A DNA stretch of 16,499 bases from Candidatus Zixiibacteriota bacterium (GCA_040235515.1 JBECKX010000117.1:1-16499); one strand, 5' to 3'. Shown: positions 7,793 through 16,499, counted from the first letter of the stretch. Notes: generated by a model not told the origin, from the letters alone. Translations and numbers: made by a program.

Positions 7793-7896
7793 GCCGATCA
7801 TTGAAATAACAGCATGGATCGAGGATAAAATCTATCGGAAAAAGCGTTAAAAAGGTGTTTTTTTACGCTAAAATTGGAGAAACAGGACGATAATGC

Positions 7897-7925
7897 TTGC
7901 GATTTTCTTCACAAGCTCATAATTT
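7897..7925 (+). promoter_or_regulatory. Rex-like operator overlapping a putative sigma70 promoter of the oxidoreductase operon
   Basis: TTGCGATTTTCTTCACAA (7897-7914) versus Rex consensus TTGTGAA-N4-TTCACAA, 12/14 matches; -35 TTGCGA, 17 nt, -10 TAATTT (7920-7925). Confidence 0.6.
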
Positions 7926-8029
7926 ACCCGCAGTCTACCCGCGCCACTCGCCTGTACGTGCAAAGACTCGCTTACACGCAGCGGATCGGCGTGATCGTCT
8001 CGCAGCTGATTGGATTAGGAGGCATGTAG

Positions 8030-8503
8030 ATGGAGACGAGAACCGAAGAGTTCAAGCCCTTTAATGTAGATCTATGGAAGTATGACGGCCACGCCGGAGC
8101 CTTGATTCCGTTGCTGCAGTCGGCGCAGGATACGTACGGATATGTCTCAGAGCGCGCAATCGACTATATCAGTCATGTCACCGGCATCTCGGCTGCCGAA
8201 ATCTACGGCGTCGTCACCTTCTACGCGCAGTTTCGCACCAAACCACTTGGTGAAAAAGTTATCAAGGTCTGTAACGGGACAGCCTGCCACGTAAATGGTG
8301 TCAAAGAGATCGCCAACACTCTCACCGATGAACTGGGCATCAACTATGAAGAAACAACAGATGACGGCAAGTTTTCGATGGTATCGGTTGCCTGCCTTGG
8401 CTGCTGTTCTCTGGCGCCGGTAGTGATGGTCAACAACGAGACGTTTGGACGTCTCACTCCCCAGAGCACGCGCCGACTCGTTCGACAACTCAGGCGGAAA
8501 TAG
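8030..8503 (+). CDS. nuoE: NuoE/HydC/HndA-family [2Fe-2S] subunit (BfuC-like)
   Basis: SD AGGAGG; LIPLLQSAQDTYGY, YGVVTFYAQF, VCNGTACHV and VACLGCCSLAP (Cx4C...Cx3C). Symbol is the family name; this is probably not respiratory complex I. Confidence 0.93.
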   Translation: METRTEEFKPFNVDLWKYDGHAGALIPLLQSAQDTYGYVSERAIDYISHVTGISAAEIYGVVTFYAQFRTKPLGEKVIKVCNGTACHVNGVKEIANTLTDELGINYEETTDDGKFSMVSVACLGCCSLAPVVMVNNETFGRLTPQSTRRLVRQLRRK

Positions 8504-8521
8504 GGAGGCAGGAGGATTAGC

Positions 8522-10303
8522 ATGGCTACAGAAACAGCGAAAGCCACGAAGACTGTGATGGTGGGGCTGGCAACCTGCGGGATCTCCGCCGGTGGTGAAA
8601 AAGTATTCGAAGCCTTCCAGGAAGAGCTGCAGAATGGCACGAATTTCGTCCTGCGGGAGACCGGTTGCGTCGGGATGTGCTACCGCGAGGTGCTGGTTAA
8701 CATCTCCAATGGCGATGGCAAAAGTTACCTGTATGGGGAAGTCACTCCGGAGCGCGTGAAGCGAATCGTCGAGGAGCATATCAAAGGAGATCAGCCGATT
8801 GAAGAGTGGCTGGTTTCGGGCGAGGGGAAGGAAGTCGGGTTCTTCGACAACCAGGTTCGCATCGTCCTGCGCAATTGCGGCGTAATCGATCCCGGATCAA
8901 TCGATGAGTATATCGAGACTGGTGGCTACGAAGCGCTTCGGAAGGTCCTCTCCGGGATGACAGACCAGGACGTCATCAAGGAAGTCCTCGAGTCGGGTCT
9001 GCGGGGTCGTGGCGGCGGCGGTTTCCCGACCGGCAAGAAATGGGAGTTGACCAACAAGCAGCCGGGTAAAAAGAAGTATATCATCTGTAACGCCGACGAA
9101 GGGGACCCCGGTGCATTTATGGACCGGAGTATCCTCGAGGGGGATCCGCACTCGGTGCTCGAGGGCATGATCATCGCCGGGTATGCGATCGGCGCCGACG
9201 AGGCTTACATCTACTGCCGGGCGGAATACCCGAAAGCGGTCGCACGCCTGCGACTGGCAATATCTCAGGCGAAACGGAAAGGGTTCCTCGGTGAGAAGAT
9301 TCTTGGCACCGAGTTCTCATTCAACATAAAGGTGAAGGAAGGAGCGGGCGCGTTCGTGTGCGGCGAGGAGACGGCACTGATCGCTTCCATCGAGGGGCAC
9401 CGCGGGATGCCGCGCATCCGCCCACCGTTCCCGGCGCAGTCGGGGTTATGGGGCAAGCCCACCAACATCAACAATGTCGAAACCTACGCCAACGTGCCAT
9501 GGATCATCACCAACGGCGGTAAGGCGTACGCAGCCTACGGCACCGACAACAGCAAGGGTACGAAAGTATTCGCCATGGCCGGCAAGGTGCGCCGGACTGG
9601 TTTGGTTGAAGTCCCGATGGGAATTTCAATCCACGACATCATCTTCAACGTCTGCGGCGGCATTCATAATGACCGCGAGTTCAAGGCGGTACAGATGGGC
9701 GGTCCCTCCGGCGGCTGCATTCCGGCATCACTGAGCGATACCCAGATAGACTACCAGCAAATCAACAAGACCGGCGCGATCATGGGATCAGGTGGCATGG
9801 TGGTGATGGATGAAACCACCTGCATGGTGGATGTGGCGAAATTCTTCCTCACCTTCACCCAGGCAGAGTCATGCGGCAAGTGTACCTTCTGTCGCATCGG
9901 CACCAAACGCATGCTGGAGATTCTGGAACGTATCACCGAGGGCAAGGGGACGTTTGAAGACCTCGAGACGCTGGAGAAGCTGAGCGAGCAGGTCAAGATC
10001 GCATCACTCTGCGGCCTCGGGCAAACCGCTCCCAACCCGGTGCTGAGCACGATCAGGTACTTCCGTGAGGAGTACGAGGCGCACATCAGAGATAAGAAAT
10101 GCCCGGCGCATGTTTGTGCTTCGCTGGTGACCTATTACATCGATGATGAGAAATGCAACGGCTGTACCCTCTGTGCAAGGGCGTGTCCCACCGATGCGAT
10201 CAAGGGTGAGAAAAAAGAGTTGCATGTCATCGACCAGGATCTCTGCATCAAGTGCGGGAAATGTTTCACCGTCTGTAATCAATTCGCGGTTGTGAAGGAT
10301 TGA
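8522..10303 (+). CDS. nuoF: NuoF/HydB/HndC-family FMN/NAD(H)-binding subunit with N-terminal thioredoxin-like domain and C-terminal 2x[4Fe-4S] (BfuB-like)
   Basis: LRGRGGGGFPTG, CNADEGDPGAFMDR, FVCGEETALIASIEG, GGPSGGC, ESCGKCTFCRIG, SLCGLGQ, HIRDKKCPAHVC, CNGCTLCARACP, CIKCGKCFTVC. Symbol is the family name. Confidence 0.95.
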   Translation: MATETAKATKTVMVGLATCGISAGGEKVFEAFQEELQNGTNFVLRETGCVGMCYREVLVNISNGDGKSYLYGEVTPERVKRIVEEHIKGDQPIEEWLVSGEGKEVGFFDNQVRIVLRNCGVIDPGSIDEYIETGGYEALRKVLSGMTDQDVIKEVLESGLRGRGGGGFPTGKKWELTNKQPGKKKYIICNADEGDPGAFMDRSILEGDPHSVLEGMIIAGYAIGADEAYIYCRAEYPKAVARLRLAISQAKRKGFLGEKILGTEFSFNIKVKEGAGAFVCGEETALIASIEGHRGMPRIRPPFPAQSGLWGKPTNINNVETYANVPWIITNGGKAYAAYGTDNSKGTKVFAMAGKVRRTGLVEVPMGISIHDIIFNVCGGIHNDREFKAVQMGGPSGGCIPASLSDTQIDYQQINKTGAIMGSGGMVVMDETTCMVDVAKFFLTFTQAESCGKCTFCRIGTKRMLEILERITEGKGTFEDLETLEKLSEQVKIASLCGLGQTAPNPVLSTIRYFREEYEAHIRDKKCPAHVCASLVTYYIDDEKCNGCTLCARACPTDAIKGEKKELHVIDQDLCIKCGKCFTVCNQFAVVKD

Positions 10304-10311
10304 GGTGCGAT

Positions 10312-13300
10312 ATGATTAACATTACGATCAACGACAAGCAGATCACAGCCGATCCGAACAAGACGATCCTGCAAATCTGTCACGAGAACAAACTCGACGA
10401 GATTCCGACCCTTTGTTACGACGAGAAGCTCGAACCATTCGGCGCTTGCTTCCTTTGCGTGGTGGAGGTGGAAGGAATGCCGCGCCTGTTGCCATCCTGC
10501 GCCACCAAACCGTGGGACGGTATGAAAATCCAGACCCGCTCACCCAAAGTGGTCGACGCGCGCAAAACCTGTCTGGAGCTTATCGTTTCCAATCACTACG
10601 CTGACTGCTTCGGCGCCTGCCGGCTGAACTGTCCGGCTGATGTCGATATTCAGGGCTACCTCTCGCTGACCTATCTTGGCAAGTACCACGACGCAGTACA
10701 ACTGATCAAGGAGAAGAATCCGTTTCCATCTGTCTGCGGTCGCGTCTGCACGCGCAAGTGCGAGCTGGCGTGCCGCCGCAAGCTGATCGATGATGCGGTC
10801 GGTATCGACTACCTGAAACGCTTTACCGCCGACAAAGATATGATGGAGGATATGTGGACTCCGGAGCCGAAACCACGCAACGGCCACAAAGTCGCCATTG
10901 TCGGGGGTGGTCCGGCTGGTCTGACAGCAGCGTACTACCTGGTGCTCGAGGGCTACGAGCCAACGGTGTTTGAGGCGTTACCGGAGTTGGGCGGCATGCT
11001 CCGCTACGGTATTCCCGAATACCGCCTGCCGAAGGCGATCCTCGATAAGGAGATCAAGTGGATTACTGACCTCGGCGTGGAAGTCAAAACCAACACACGC
11101 CTTGGAGTGGATATCACGCTCGAACAACTCGAGAAGGAATACGAATCGGTATTCGTCGGTCTCGGCGCGCAACTGGCCAAGAGCATGGGAGTGTCGAACG
11201 AACACGTGCAGAATGTCCTCGGTGGCGTTGATTTCCTGCGCGAAGTCGCCATGGGAACCGACACCGGAGTAAAAGGACGCGTGGTGGTCGTTGGTGGTGG
11301 CAATACCGCCATCGATGCCGCCCGGACTTCACTGCGGCTCGGTGCAGATGAAGTGATCCTGCTCTACCGTCGAACTCGCAAAGAAATGCCGGCCAACGAA
11401 CTGGAGATCGTAGCCGCCGAAGAGGAAGGCATCAACTTCAAATTCCTCGCGGCGCCGTCCAACATCATCTCCTCCGGCGGCAAACTCAAGTCAATCGAAT
11501 GCATCGAGATGGAGCTTGGTGAACCTGATGCCTCAGGCCGTCGGCGTCCCGTACCGAAGAAAGGCTCAGAGTTCACGCTCGACTGTGACTTCGTGATCTC
11601 AGCGATCGGTCAGGAAGCTGACCTGAAGGGTATCGAGAATGGTGACTCCGAGGACGAGGAAGTCGAGCTGAGCAAATGGCATACGATCATTGCCGCTGAG
11701 GGCAGCTTCAACACCAATCGCCCCGGAGTCTTTGCCGGTGGCGATGTCGTCACGGGACCCGCTGATGCAATTGATGCCATCGCCGCAGGCCGCATGGCTG
11801 CCTATGCGATTCAGCGCTATATCGAGACCGGTCACTACGAACGTCTCCGCCCGATCTTCGCCAGCCGTAAAGACAACCTGAAGGAATTCACGGTTGAGGA
11901 TATGTGCGAGGCTCCCACCAGTCAGCGCAGCACGATGCCTGAGATGAGCCCGCAGGATCGCGTCAAGACCTTCCAGGAAGTCGAACTCGGCTTTACCGAA
12001 GAGCAGGTGCAATTCGAAGCTTGTCGCTGTATGGAGTGCGGCTGCGATGCATCTCTCGCCTGTAAACTGCAGGACTATTGCGGTGAGTATAACGTCGACC
12101 AGACGAAGTACCGTGGCGAGTTCAAGCGATTCAAGGAAGACAAGCGCCATCCATATATCACGCTCGAACCGAACAAATGTATCAACTGCGGTCGCTGCGT
12201 ACGAACCTGTGCCGACATCCTCGATGTCGCTGCGCTCGGTTTCGTAAATCGTGGCTTCAAGACTATCGTTAAGCCTGCGATGGAAAAGGCGCTCGCGGAA
12301 ACCAACTGCATCTCCTGTGGTAACTGTGTCGATGTTTGTCCTACCGGCGCTATCGTAAACAAGCTGCCGTATGGCCGCAGCGGACCGTGGGTGATGGAAA
12401 AAGTTACCAATGTCTGCAATTTCTGTTCGGTCGGCTGCAATGTTGAGATCAACGCCAAAGCCGCGGATCTCTTCTATGTGACCGGCTCATCCAACAGCGA
12501 GCCAAACCATGGTGAACTTTGCGTGAAGGGCCGCTACGGCTATCAGCAATTGATCGGCGGCGGACGGATCCGCAGGCCGCTCATCCGCAAGGGTGGCGAA
12601 CTGGTCCCGGCTACCTGGGACGAGGTGTGGAAGCGATACGAAGAGGGGCTCAAGGACCTGCGCGTCGAATATGGCGGCGGCAAGATGATGGTTACCGCGT
12701 CGCCGAAGCTGACCGATGAGGAACTCTATCTCGCCGGCAAAATGGCGCGCACGACACTCGAGACCAACTCAATCGGTAGTTTCCAGCGACTCGTTTCCGG
12801 CGCCGACTACCATGCACTCGATGGCATTCTCGGCACCACCTCTTCCACCTGTGGATCGAAAGAGGTTGAAGCTGCCGATATGCTGCTGTTTGTCAACTGT
12901 GACCCCTTCAAGGAAAACCCGGTGCTCGGCTTCAAGCTGAAGCGGATGATCAAGCGGGGCGGCAAGCAGGCGATCGTGATCAATTCGTCGGACATCGGCC
13001 TCAGTCGCCACGCCACACTATGGCTCGATCCGCGTCGCGGGACCTCCACCACACTCCTGAATGGCATCATCGCCCAGGTGATTCGTGAGGGCGGTGCGGA
13101 CGCAGATTTCATCGCGCAGCGCACCGAGGATTTTGAGACATTCAAAGCGAGCGTCGGCACAACCGACATCGATGAGGCTGCTTCCGTCACCGGTGTGCGT
13201 CCTGAGAAAATCGAAGAGTGCGCCCGTCTGCTGAGTCGGAAAGGCCTCAAAGTCGTCGCGTTCTATAACCTCGAGAGTCGTCGCGACCGTGCACCGAGTG

Positions 13301-14076
13301 ACCTGCGGGCACTGGCATCCCTGATGCTCACCACCGGACGCATCGGCACCGATGGCAACGGTTTGGTGGTCCTCACGGAGCACGCCAACAGCCGCGGCAT
13401 GGATATGGTCGGCTTCGACCAGCTCCTGCTTCCGGGTGGCGAGGGGATCAATCCGAAATCGGTCGGCAAACTCTCGGCGGTCTGGAACGATGATCTCGAC
13501 TGCCTCAAGAATGGCAATGTCGGTTCGCTGCAACGCGACTTTGAGAGCGGCGATATCAAGGGCGCCATCATCCTGGGTGAGAACCCGGCGATCGATCCTG
13601 AACTCGCGGCACTGGTGGAGAAGCTGGAATTCCTGGTCGTAGCCGATATGTTCATGACCGAGACGACCAAGCTGGCTGATATCGTCCTTCCGCTCAACTC
13701 TTATGTTGAAGATGAAGGTACCGTCACTAACTGGGAGGGACGCCGGCAGCGGATATCACCTGTCGGCAAACCACTCTCAGGGATGACGAACCTGGAGATC
13801 GTCACTCGCATGATGCAGTTGTCTGATGGAGGTGTTCGCGGGGCTAACTACACGCATGAACACCTGGCAAAAGAGCTTTCCGAATTCCTGCCGGAGTCGA
13901 ACGGTACCCCGGACACGGCAGCCAACTTCAAGCTGCGCTTCCCGACTGCTTCCGGCAAGGCGCGCTTCGAGATCTATCCTGTCCAGGTGAAGGCGACTGA
14001 GGTTGCCTATCCGAAGGTGCTGGTACTCGAAGAACGCACCGATGCCAAGCTGCAGCAGTTGTTCGGCGTGCGCTGA
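10312..14076 (+). CDS. Fused Fe-S flavoprotein: [2Fe-2S] + GltD/SfrB-like FAD/NADP(H) module + 2x[4Fe-4S] + NuoG/Fdh-like molybdopterin-oxidoreductase scaffold lacking the catalytic Cys/Sec (BfuA/NfnA-like, 1254 aa)
   Basis: SD GAGGTG before ATG 10312; IPTLC...GACFLCVVEV...PSC; CRLNCP, VCGRVCTRKCELAC; GGGPAG, GGMLRYGIPEYRLP, GGGNTAID...YRRT, GVFAGGD; CINCGRCVRTC, CISCGNCVDVCP; CNFCSVGC...LCVKGRYG; DMFMTETTKLADIVLP...GTVTNWEGRRQ. Confidence 0.9.
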   Translation: MINITINDKQITADPNKTILQICHENKLDEIPTLCYDEKLEPFGACFLCVVEVEGMPRLLPSCATKPWDGMKIQTRSPKVVDARKTCLELIVSNHYADCFGACRLNCPADVDIQGYLSLTYLGKYHDAVQLIKEKNPFPSVCGRVCTRKCELACRRKLIDDAVGIDYLKRFTADKDMMEDMWTPEPKPRNGHKVAIVGGGPAGLTAAYYLVLEGYEPTVFEALPELGGMLRYGIPEYRLPKAILDKEIKWITDLGVEVKTNTRLGVDITLEQLEKEYESVFVGLGAQLAKSMGVSNEHVQNVLGGVDFLREVAMGTDTGVKGRVVVVGGGNTAIDAARTSLRLGADEVILLYRRTRKEMPANELEIVAAEEEGINFKFLAAPSNIISSGGKLKSIECIEMELGEPDASGRRRPVPKKGSEFTLDCDFVISAIGQEADLKGIENGDSEDEEVELSKWHTIIAAEGSFNTNRPGVFAGGDVVTGPADAIDAIAAGRMAAYAIQRYIETGHYERLRPIFASRKDNLKEFTVEDMCEAPTSQRSTMPEMSPQDRVKTFQEVELGFTEEQVQFEACRCMECGCDASLACKLQDYCGEYNVDQTKYRGEFKRFKEDKRHPYITLEPNKCINCGRCVRTCADILDVAALGFVNRGFKTIVKPAMEKALAETNCISCGNCVDVCPTGAIVNKLPYGRSGPWVMEKVTNVCNFCSVGCNVEINAKAADLFYVTGSSNSEPNHGELCVKGRYGYQQLIGGGRIRRPLIRKGGELVPATWDEVWKRYEEGLKDLRVEYGGGKMMVTASPKLTDEELYLAGKMARTTLETNSIGSFQRLVSGADYHALDGILGTTSSTCGSKEVEAADMLLFVNCDPFKENPVLGFKLKRMIKRGGKQAIVINSSDIGLSRHATLWLDPRRGTSTTLLNGIIAQVIREGGADADFIAQRTEDFETFKASVGTTDIDEAASVTGVRPEKIEECARLLSRKGLKVVAFYNLESRRDRAPSDLRALASLMLTTGRIGTDGNGLVVLTEHANSRGMDMVGFDQLLLPGGEGINPKSVGKLSAVWNDDLDCLKNGNVGSLQRDFESGDIKGAIILGENPAIDPELAALVEKLEFLVVADMFMTETTKLADIVLPLNSYVEDEGTVTNWEGRRQRISPVGKPLSGMTNLEIVTRMMQLSDGGVRGANYTHEHLAKELSEFLPESNGTPDTAANFKLRFPTASGKARFEIYPVQVKATEVAYPKVLVLEERTDAKLQQLFGVR

Positions 14077-14125
14077 AGTCTCTTAACGACTGCGAGCCAG
14101 GGAGATAGGTCGAACTGAACTATCC

Positions 14126-14160
14126 GCGGGACGGGGTCCACACCCGTCCCGTTTCATTTT
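14126..14160 (+). terminator. Rho-independent terminator of the oxidoreductase operon
   Basis: Perfect 9-bp stem CGGGACGGG / CCCGTCCCG with 7-nt loop, followed by TTTCATTTT, 50 nt after the stop codon. Confidence 0.8.
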
Positions 14161-14211
14161 GACCGCCCCAATCCTGCCCGATTCAATCACTGAATCCCAC
14201 GCCATTCTATG

Positions 14212-14239
14212 TTGACATCGTGGATCGATCCGATATCTT
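14212..14239 (+). promoter_or_regulatory. Putative sigma70 promoter of the beta-helix gene
   Basis: Perfect TTGACA (14212-14217), 16-nt spacer, TATCTT (14234-14239). Confidence 0.5.
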
Positions 14240-14380
14240 TTTATGAGAACCGGATTAACTCTTCTGTTCAGGCGGGGCAGCACGCCTCTATCGCCGAAAC
14301 TCGATTGTAAGCAACATCAATATAAAGTTAGCAAGACAGCTTTCTAACCTGAACTCCAACTCCAATCACGGGAGTGACAG

Positions 14381-16499
14381 ATGAATTGCCCCCTCCCTTA
14401 CCGCTCGGTGGGAGTATTGATGATCGTGCTGGCACTGGCAGCTATCGCCATCCCGCACGCCACTCAGGCCAGCTCCGACGCAACCGGGCAAACCGGCTCC
14501 GATGTTTTTCCCGCCACTCCGGCAGCCCGACTCATCACCCTGGAACAAGTTGCGATCGGCAACGGTGAACTGCTCTACCGTGCGGTCAGCGGTGAAGCGA
14601 TCGACTCACCGGCCAAACTTCCGCTCCGAGATTTCAGCAGTTATCAGCAGCCGTTTCCGCCACCGGTACCGGGAGTGAGGGCGGAACTGGCTCCGCAAGA
14701 TATGGCCAGGCTGGAGTATGCGCACCAGCTGGGGAATGAAAAACGAGCCGTCTACACGGTCACCAGTGCTGCGTGGGCCTACGATGAGAGTCTGGGCGAC
14801 AATATCTTCGACCCGCCGACCTTGCCCTCGGCGCTGCAAAACGCCAATCAGAGTGGTGTGCCGGCAACCATCATCGTAGACCCGGCGATCACCATTATCA
14901 CCAACACGACGACTTCGACAATCTCCGCTAACGTGGCGGTCACACTCGATGGTGAACGCTCCGACGGTTCGAGACTGATCATAGACGGCAACGGTACGGC
15001 GAATATCGGTTTTTTCTGCGCTGCCCCCGGTTGCGTCATTAAGAACCTGGAGATTCGAAACTTCACCTTCTCAGGGGTTGCGATCAATGGGTCAGGATCA
15101 ATCCTGCAGGGCTGCGACATCCATGACAACGTCGGCCCCGGCGTGAATTTCAACTTTGGCGGCAGCCATGTCATCGGTGGTACCGAGGCGGGGGAAGCCA
15201 ACCTGATTCACGACAATACCGGGAGCGGCTCCTGGGGCGTGTCGATGATTCTCAACACCTCAAACAACCTGATCATCGGTAACTACATCGGTACGGCGGA
15301 CGGCAGCAGCCCGGGTGGTAATGACCGCTCCGGCATCAATGTCGACCTGGCTCCCAATAACAGAGTAGTGCGGAACATCATCGTTGACAGCGGCACCAAT
15401 TATCCGGGGGTCAACGGAGCTTGTTGTGATACGACCTACGGCACCGTACTCGCGGGCAACTATATCGGGTACTCCCCCGTAATCGATGACGTCATCCCCA
15501 ATGGCGAAAGCGGCGTTTACTTCGGGCGCAGCGCGGAAGATACGATCCGCGACAATGTCGTGGGCGGCAACAGCGACTACGGCATCCGCTACTATGGTCG
15601 CGGGCCTGTATTCAAAGACAACTTCATCGGCACCAACGCAACTCTGGATAAGTCGATCGGGGATGTGTCCCACGGAATCACCGGTTCCGGCACCGACTGG
15701 GTGCTGACCGGCAACATCATCTGTGACGAAGCTATAGCGATATCAATCGACGTCGACCGCGCGGTGATAACCGGTAACAAGCTGGGACCGTGGGATGCCG
15801 CCTCGTACGCGAGTTTGTTTCCCAATTCAAACGGACTTTACAGTCGCGGCGATTCCTGCATGATCGGCGGGCCCGACCCGGAGGATCGGAATATCATCTC
15901 CGCGAATTTTGGCGTCGGAGTAGGAATCAACGGATTCCAGTCGACAGGCAATGTCATCGAGAATAACTACATCGGCATCGGTGAGGATGGAATCGAGCCA
16001 CTACCCAACGGCAACTGGGGGATTTTGTTCAATAACGGCGCGATTGGAAACTACGTCAAAGACAACACCGTCCTCGGTAATCCGGGATCGAACTTCGGGG
16101 CGATCCTGCTCAGCGAGAGTTTTAATCGCTGGCCCGAAAAGAACAAGATTAGCGGCAATTTCGTCGGTACCGCAGCCGATGGTGAAACCGTCATCGGCGC
16201 CGGTAAGTATGGCATTCGGCTCCTGCGCTGTAACTCCACCACAATCGGTGGCAGCGCCCAGGACGAGGGCAACGTGATCGTTGGTTACGATCACGCGGGG
16301 ATCGATATCTTTGGTGGTGAGCTCAACGATGCCTACGGCAATTGGATCGGGGTCACAGCGCCGGCAAAGGGAATCCCGCTGCAACCGGCATCCGGCGAGC
16401 AGTTGTGGGGAATCTACGCCGACTCGATCATCGATTGCCTGATCGGATCGCGCTCGATTGACTCGGTTAATGTCATCGGTTTCAACGACTCCGCCGGAG
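14381..16499 (+). CDS. Secreted right-handed parallel beta-helix repeat protein, 3'-truncated by the window edge (>706 aa; absent from the ORF track)
   Basis: SD GGGAG (14370-14374); manual translation is open to the end: MNCPLPYRSVGVLMIVLALAAIAIPHATQA (signal peptide), CSLREA-like VYTVTS...TLPSALQNAN, recurring GNYIGT/GNYIGY/DNFIGT/NNYIGI/GNFVGT/GNWIGV and IGG-x5-N-x-I units. Confidence 0.88.
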   Translation, partial: MNCPLPYRSVGVLMIVLALAAIAIPHATQASSDATGQTGSDVFPATPAARLITLEQVAIGNGELLYRAVSGEAIDSPAKLPLRDFSSYQQPFPPPVPGVRAELAPQDMARLEYAHQLGNEKRAVYTVTSAAWAYDESLGDNIFDPPTLPSALQNANQSGVPATIIVDPAITIITNTTTSTISANVAVTLDGERSDGSRLIIDGNGTANIGFFCAAPGCVIKNLEIRNFTFSGVAINGSGSILQGCDIHDNVGPGVNFNFGGSHVIGGTEAGEANLIHDNTGSGSWGVSMILNTSNNLIIGNYIGTADGSSPGGNDRSGINVDLAPNNRVVRNIIVDSGTNYPGVNGACCDTTYGTVLAGNYIGYSPVIDDVIPNGESGVYFGRSAEDTIRDNVVGGNSDYGIRYYGRGPVFKDNFIGTNATLDKSIGDVSHGITGSGTDWVLTGNIICDEAIAISIDVDRAVITGNKLGPWDAASYASLFPNSNGLYSRGDSCMIGGPDPEDRNIISANFGVGVGINGFQSTGNVIENNYIGIGEDGIEPLPNGNWGILFNNGAIGNYVKDNTVLGNPGSNFGAILLSESFNRWPEKNKISGNFVGTAADGETVIGAGKYGIRLLRCNSTTIGGSAQDEGNVIVGYDHAGIDIFGGELNDAYGNWIGVTAPAKGIPLQPASGEQLWGIYADSIIDCLIGSRSIDSVNVIGFNDSAG

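Noticed and set aside
7843..7869. Inverted repeat AGCGTTAAAAA-ggtg-TTTTTTTACGCT as terminator of the RAM gene
   Set aside because: AT-rich imperfect stem with no following U-tract; cannot distinguish terminator, operator or UP element
8024..8032. ATG-TAG start-stop element before the nuoE-like ATG (and ATG-AGA-TGA at 843-851)
   Set aside because: The first ATG is only 1 nt (and 4 nt) from the SD; most likely chance
8030..14076. Respiratory complex I nuoEFG, [FeFe]-hydrogenase, formate dehydrogenase or glutamate synthase
   Set aside because: No other nuo genes, no H-cluster motifs, no Cys/Sec Mo ligand, and no gltB in the operon
396..16384. Numerous short antisense or overlapping ORFs in the track (e.g. 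8147-8779, 11599-12150, 13018-13533, 15260-15673)
   Set aside because: Shadow ORFs of strongly supported genes in GC-rich DNA with no recognisable motifs

Overview
Bacterial window, GC-rich, with three blocks. (1) ~213-6996: an ECF sigma factor and membrane anti-sigma (+) converge on a secreted CspA-like subtilase and a signal-peptide-bearing TPR-CHAT (caspase-like) protease (-). The subtilase gene is split by a 1-nt frameshift that maps to ~3395-3397. Together these four genes form a candidate CRISPR-independent, extracytoplasmic protease-to-sigma signalling module. (2) 7238-14160: a stand-alone tandem Lrp/AsnC ligand-binding (RAM) protein, then a Rex-like box and a three-gene HydCBA/NuoEFG-like operon. 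Its large subunit fuses a GltD/SfrB-like NADP(H)-FAD module with a NuoG/Fdh-like scaffold lacking the Mo/W ligand, so it is most likely a BfuABC/NfnABC-type electron-bifurcating transhydrogenase rather than a hydrogenase or formate dehydrogenase. The operon ends in an intrinsic terminator. (3) 14381-end: the 5' part of a large secreted parallel beta-helix protein that the ORF track omits. No rRNA, tRNA, CRISPR array or mobile element was seen. All calls come from reading motifs by eye; no database searches were run.
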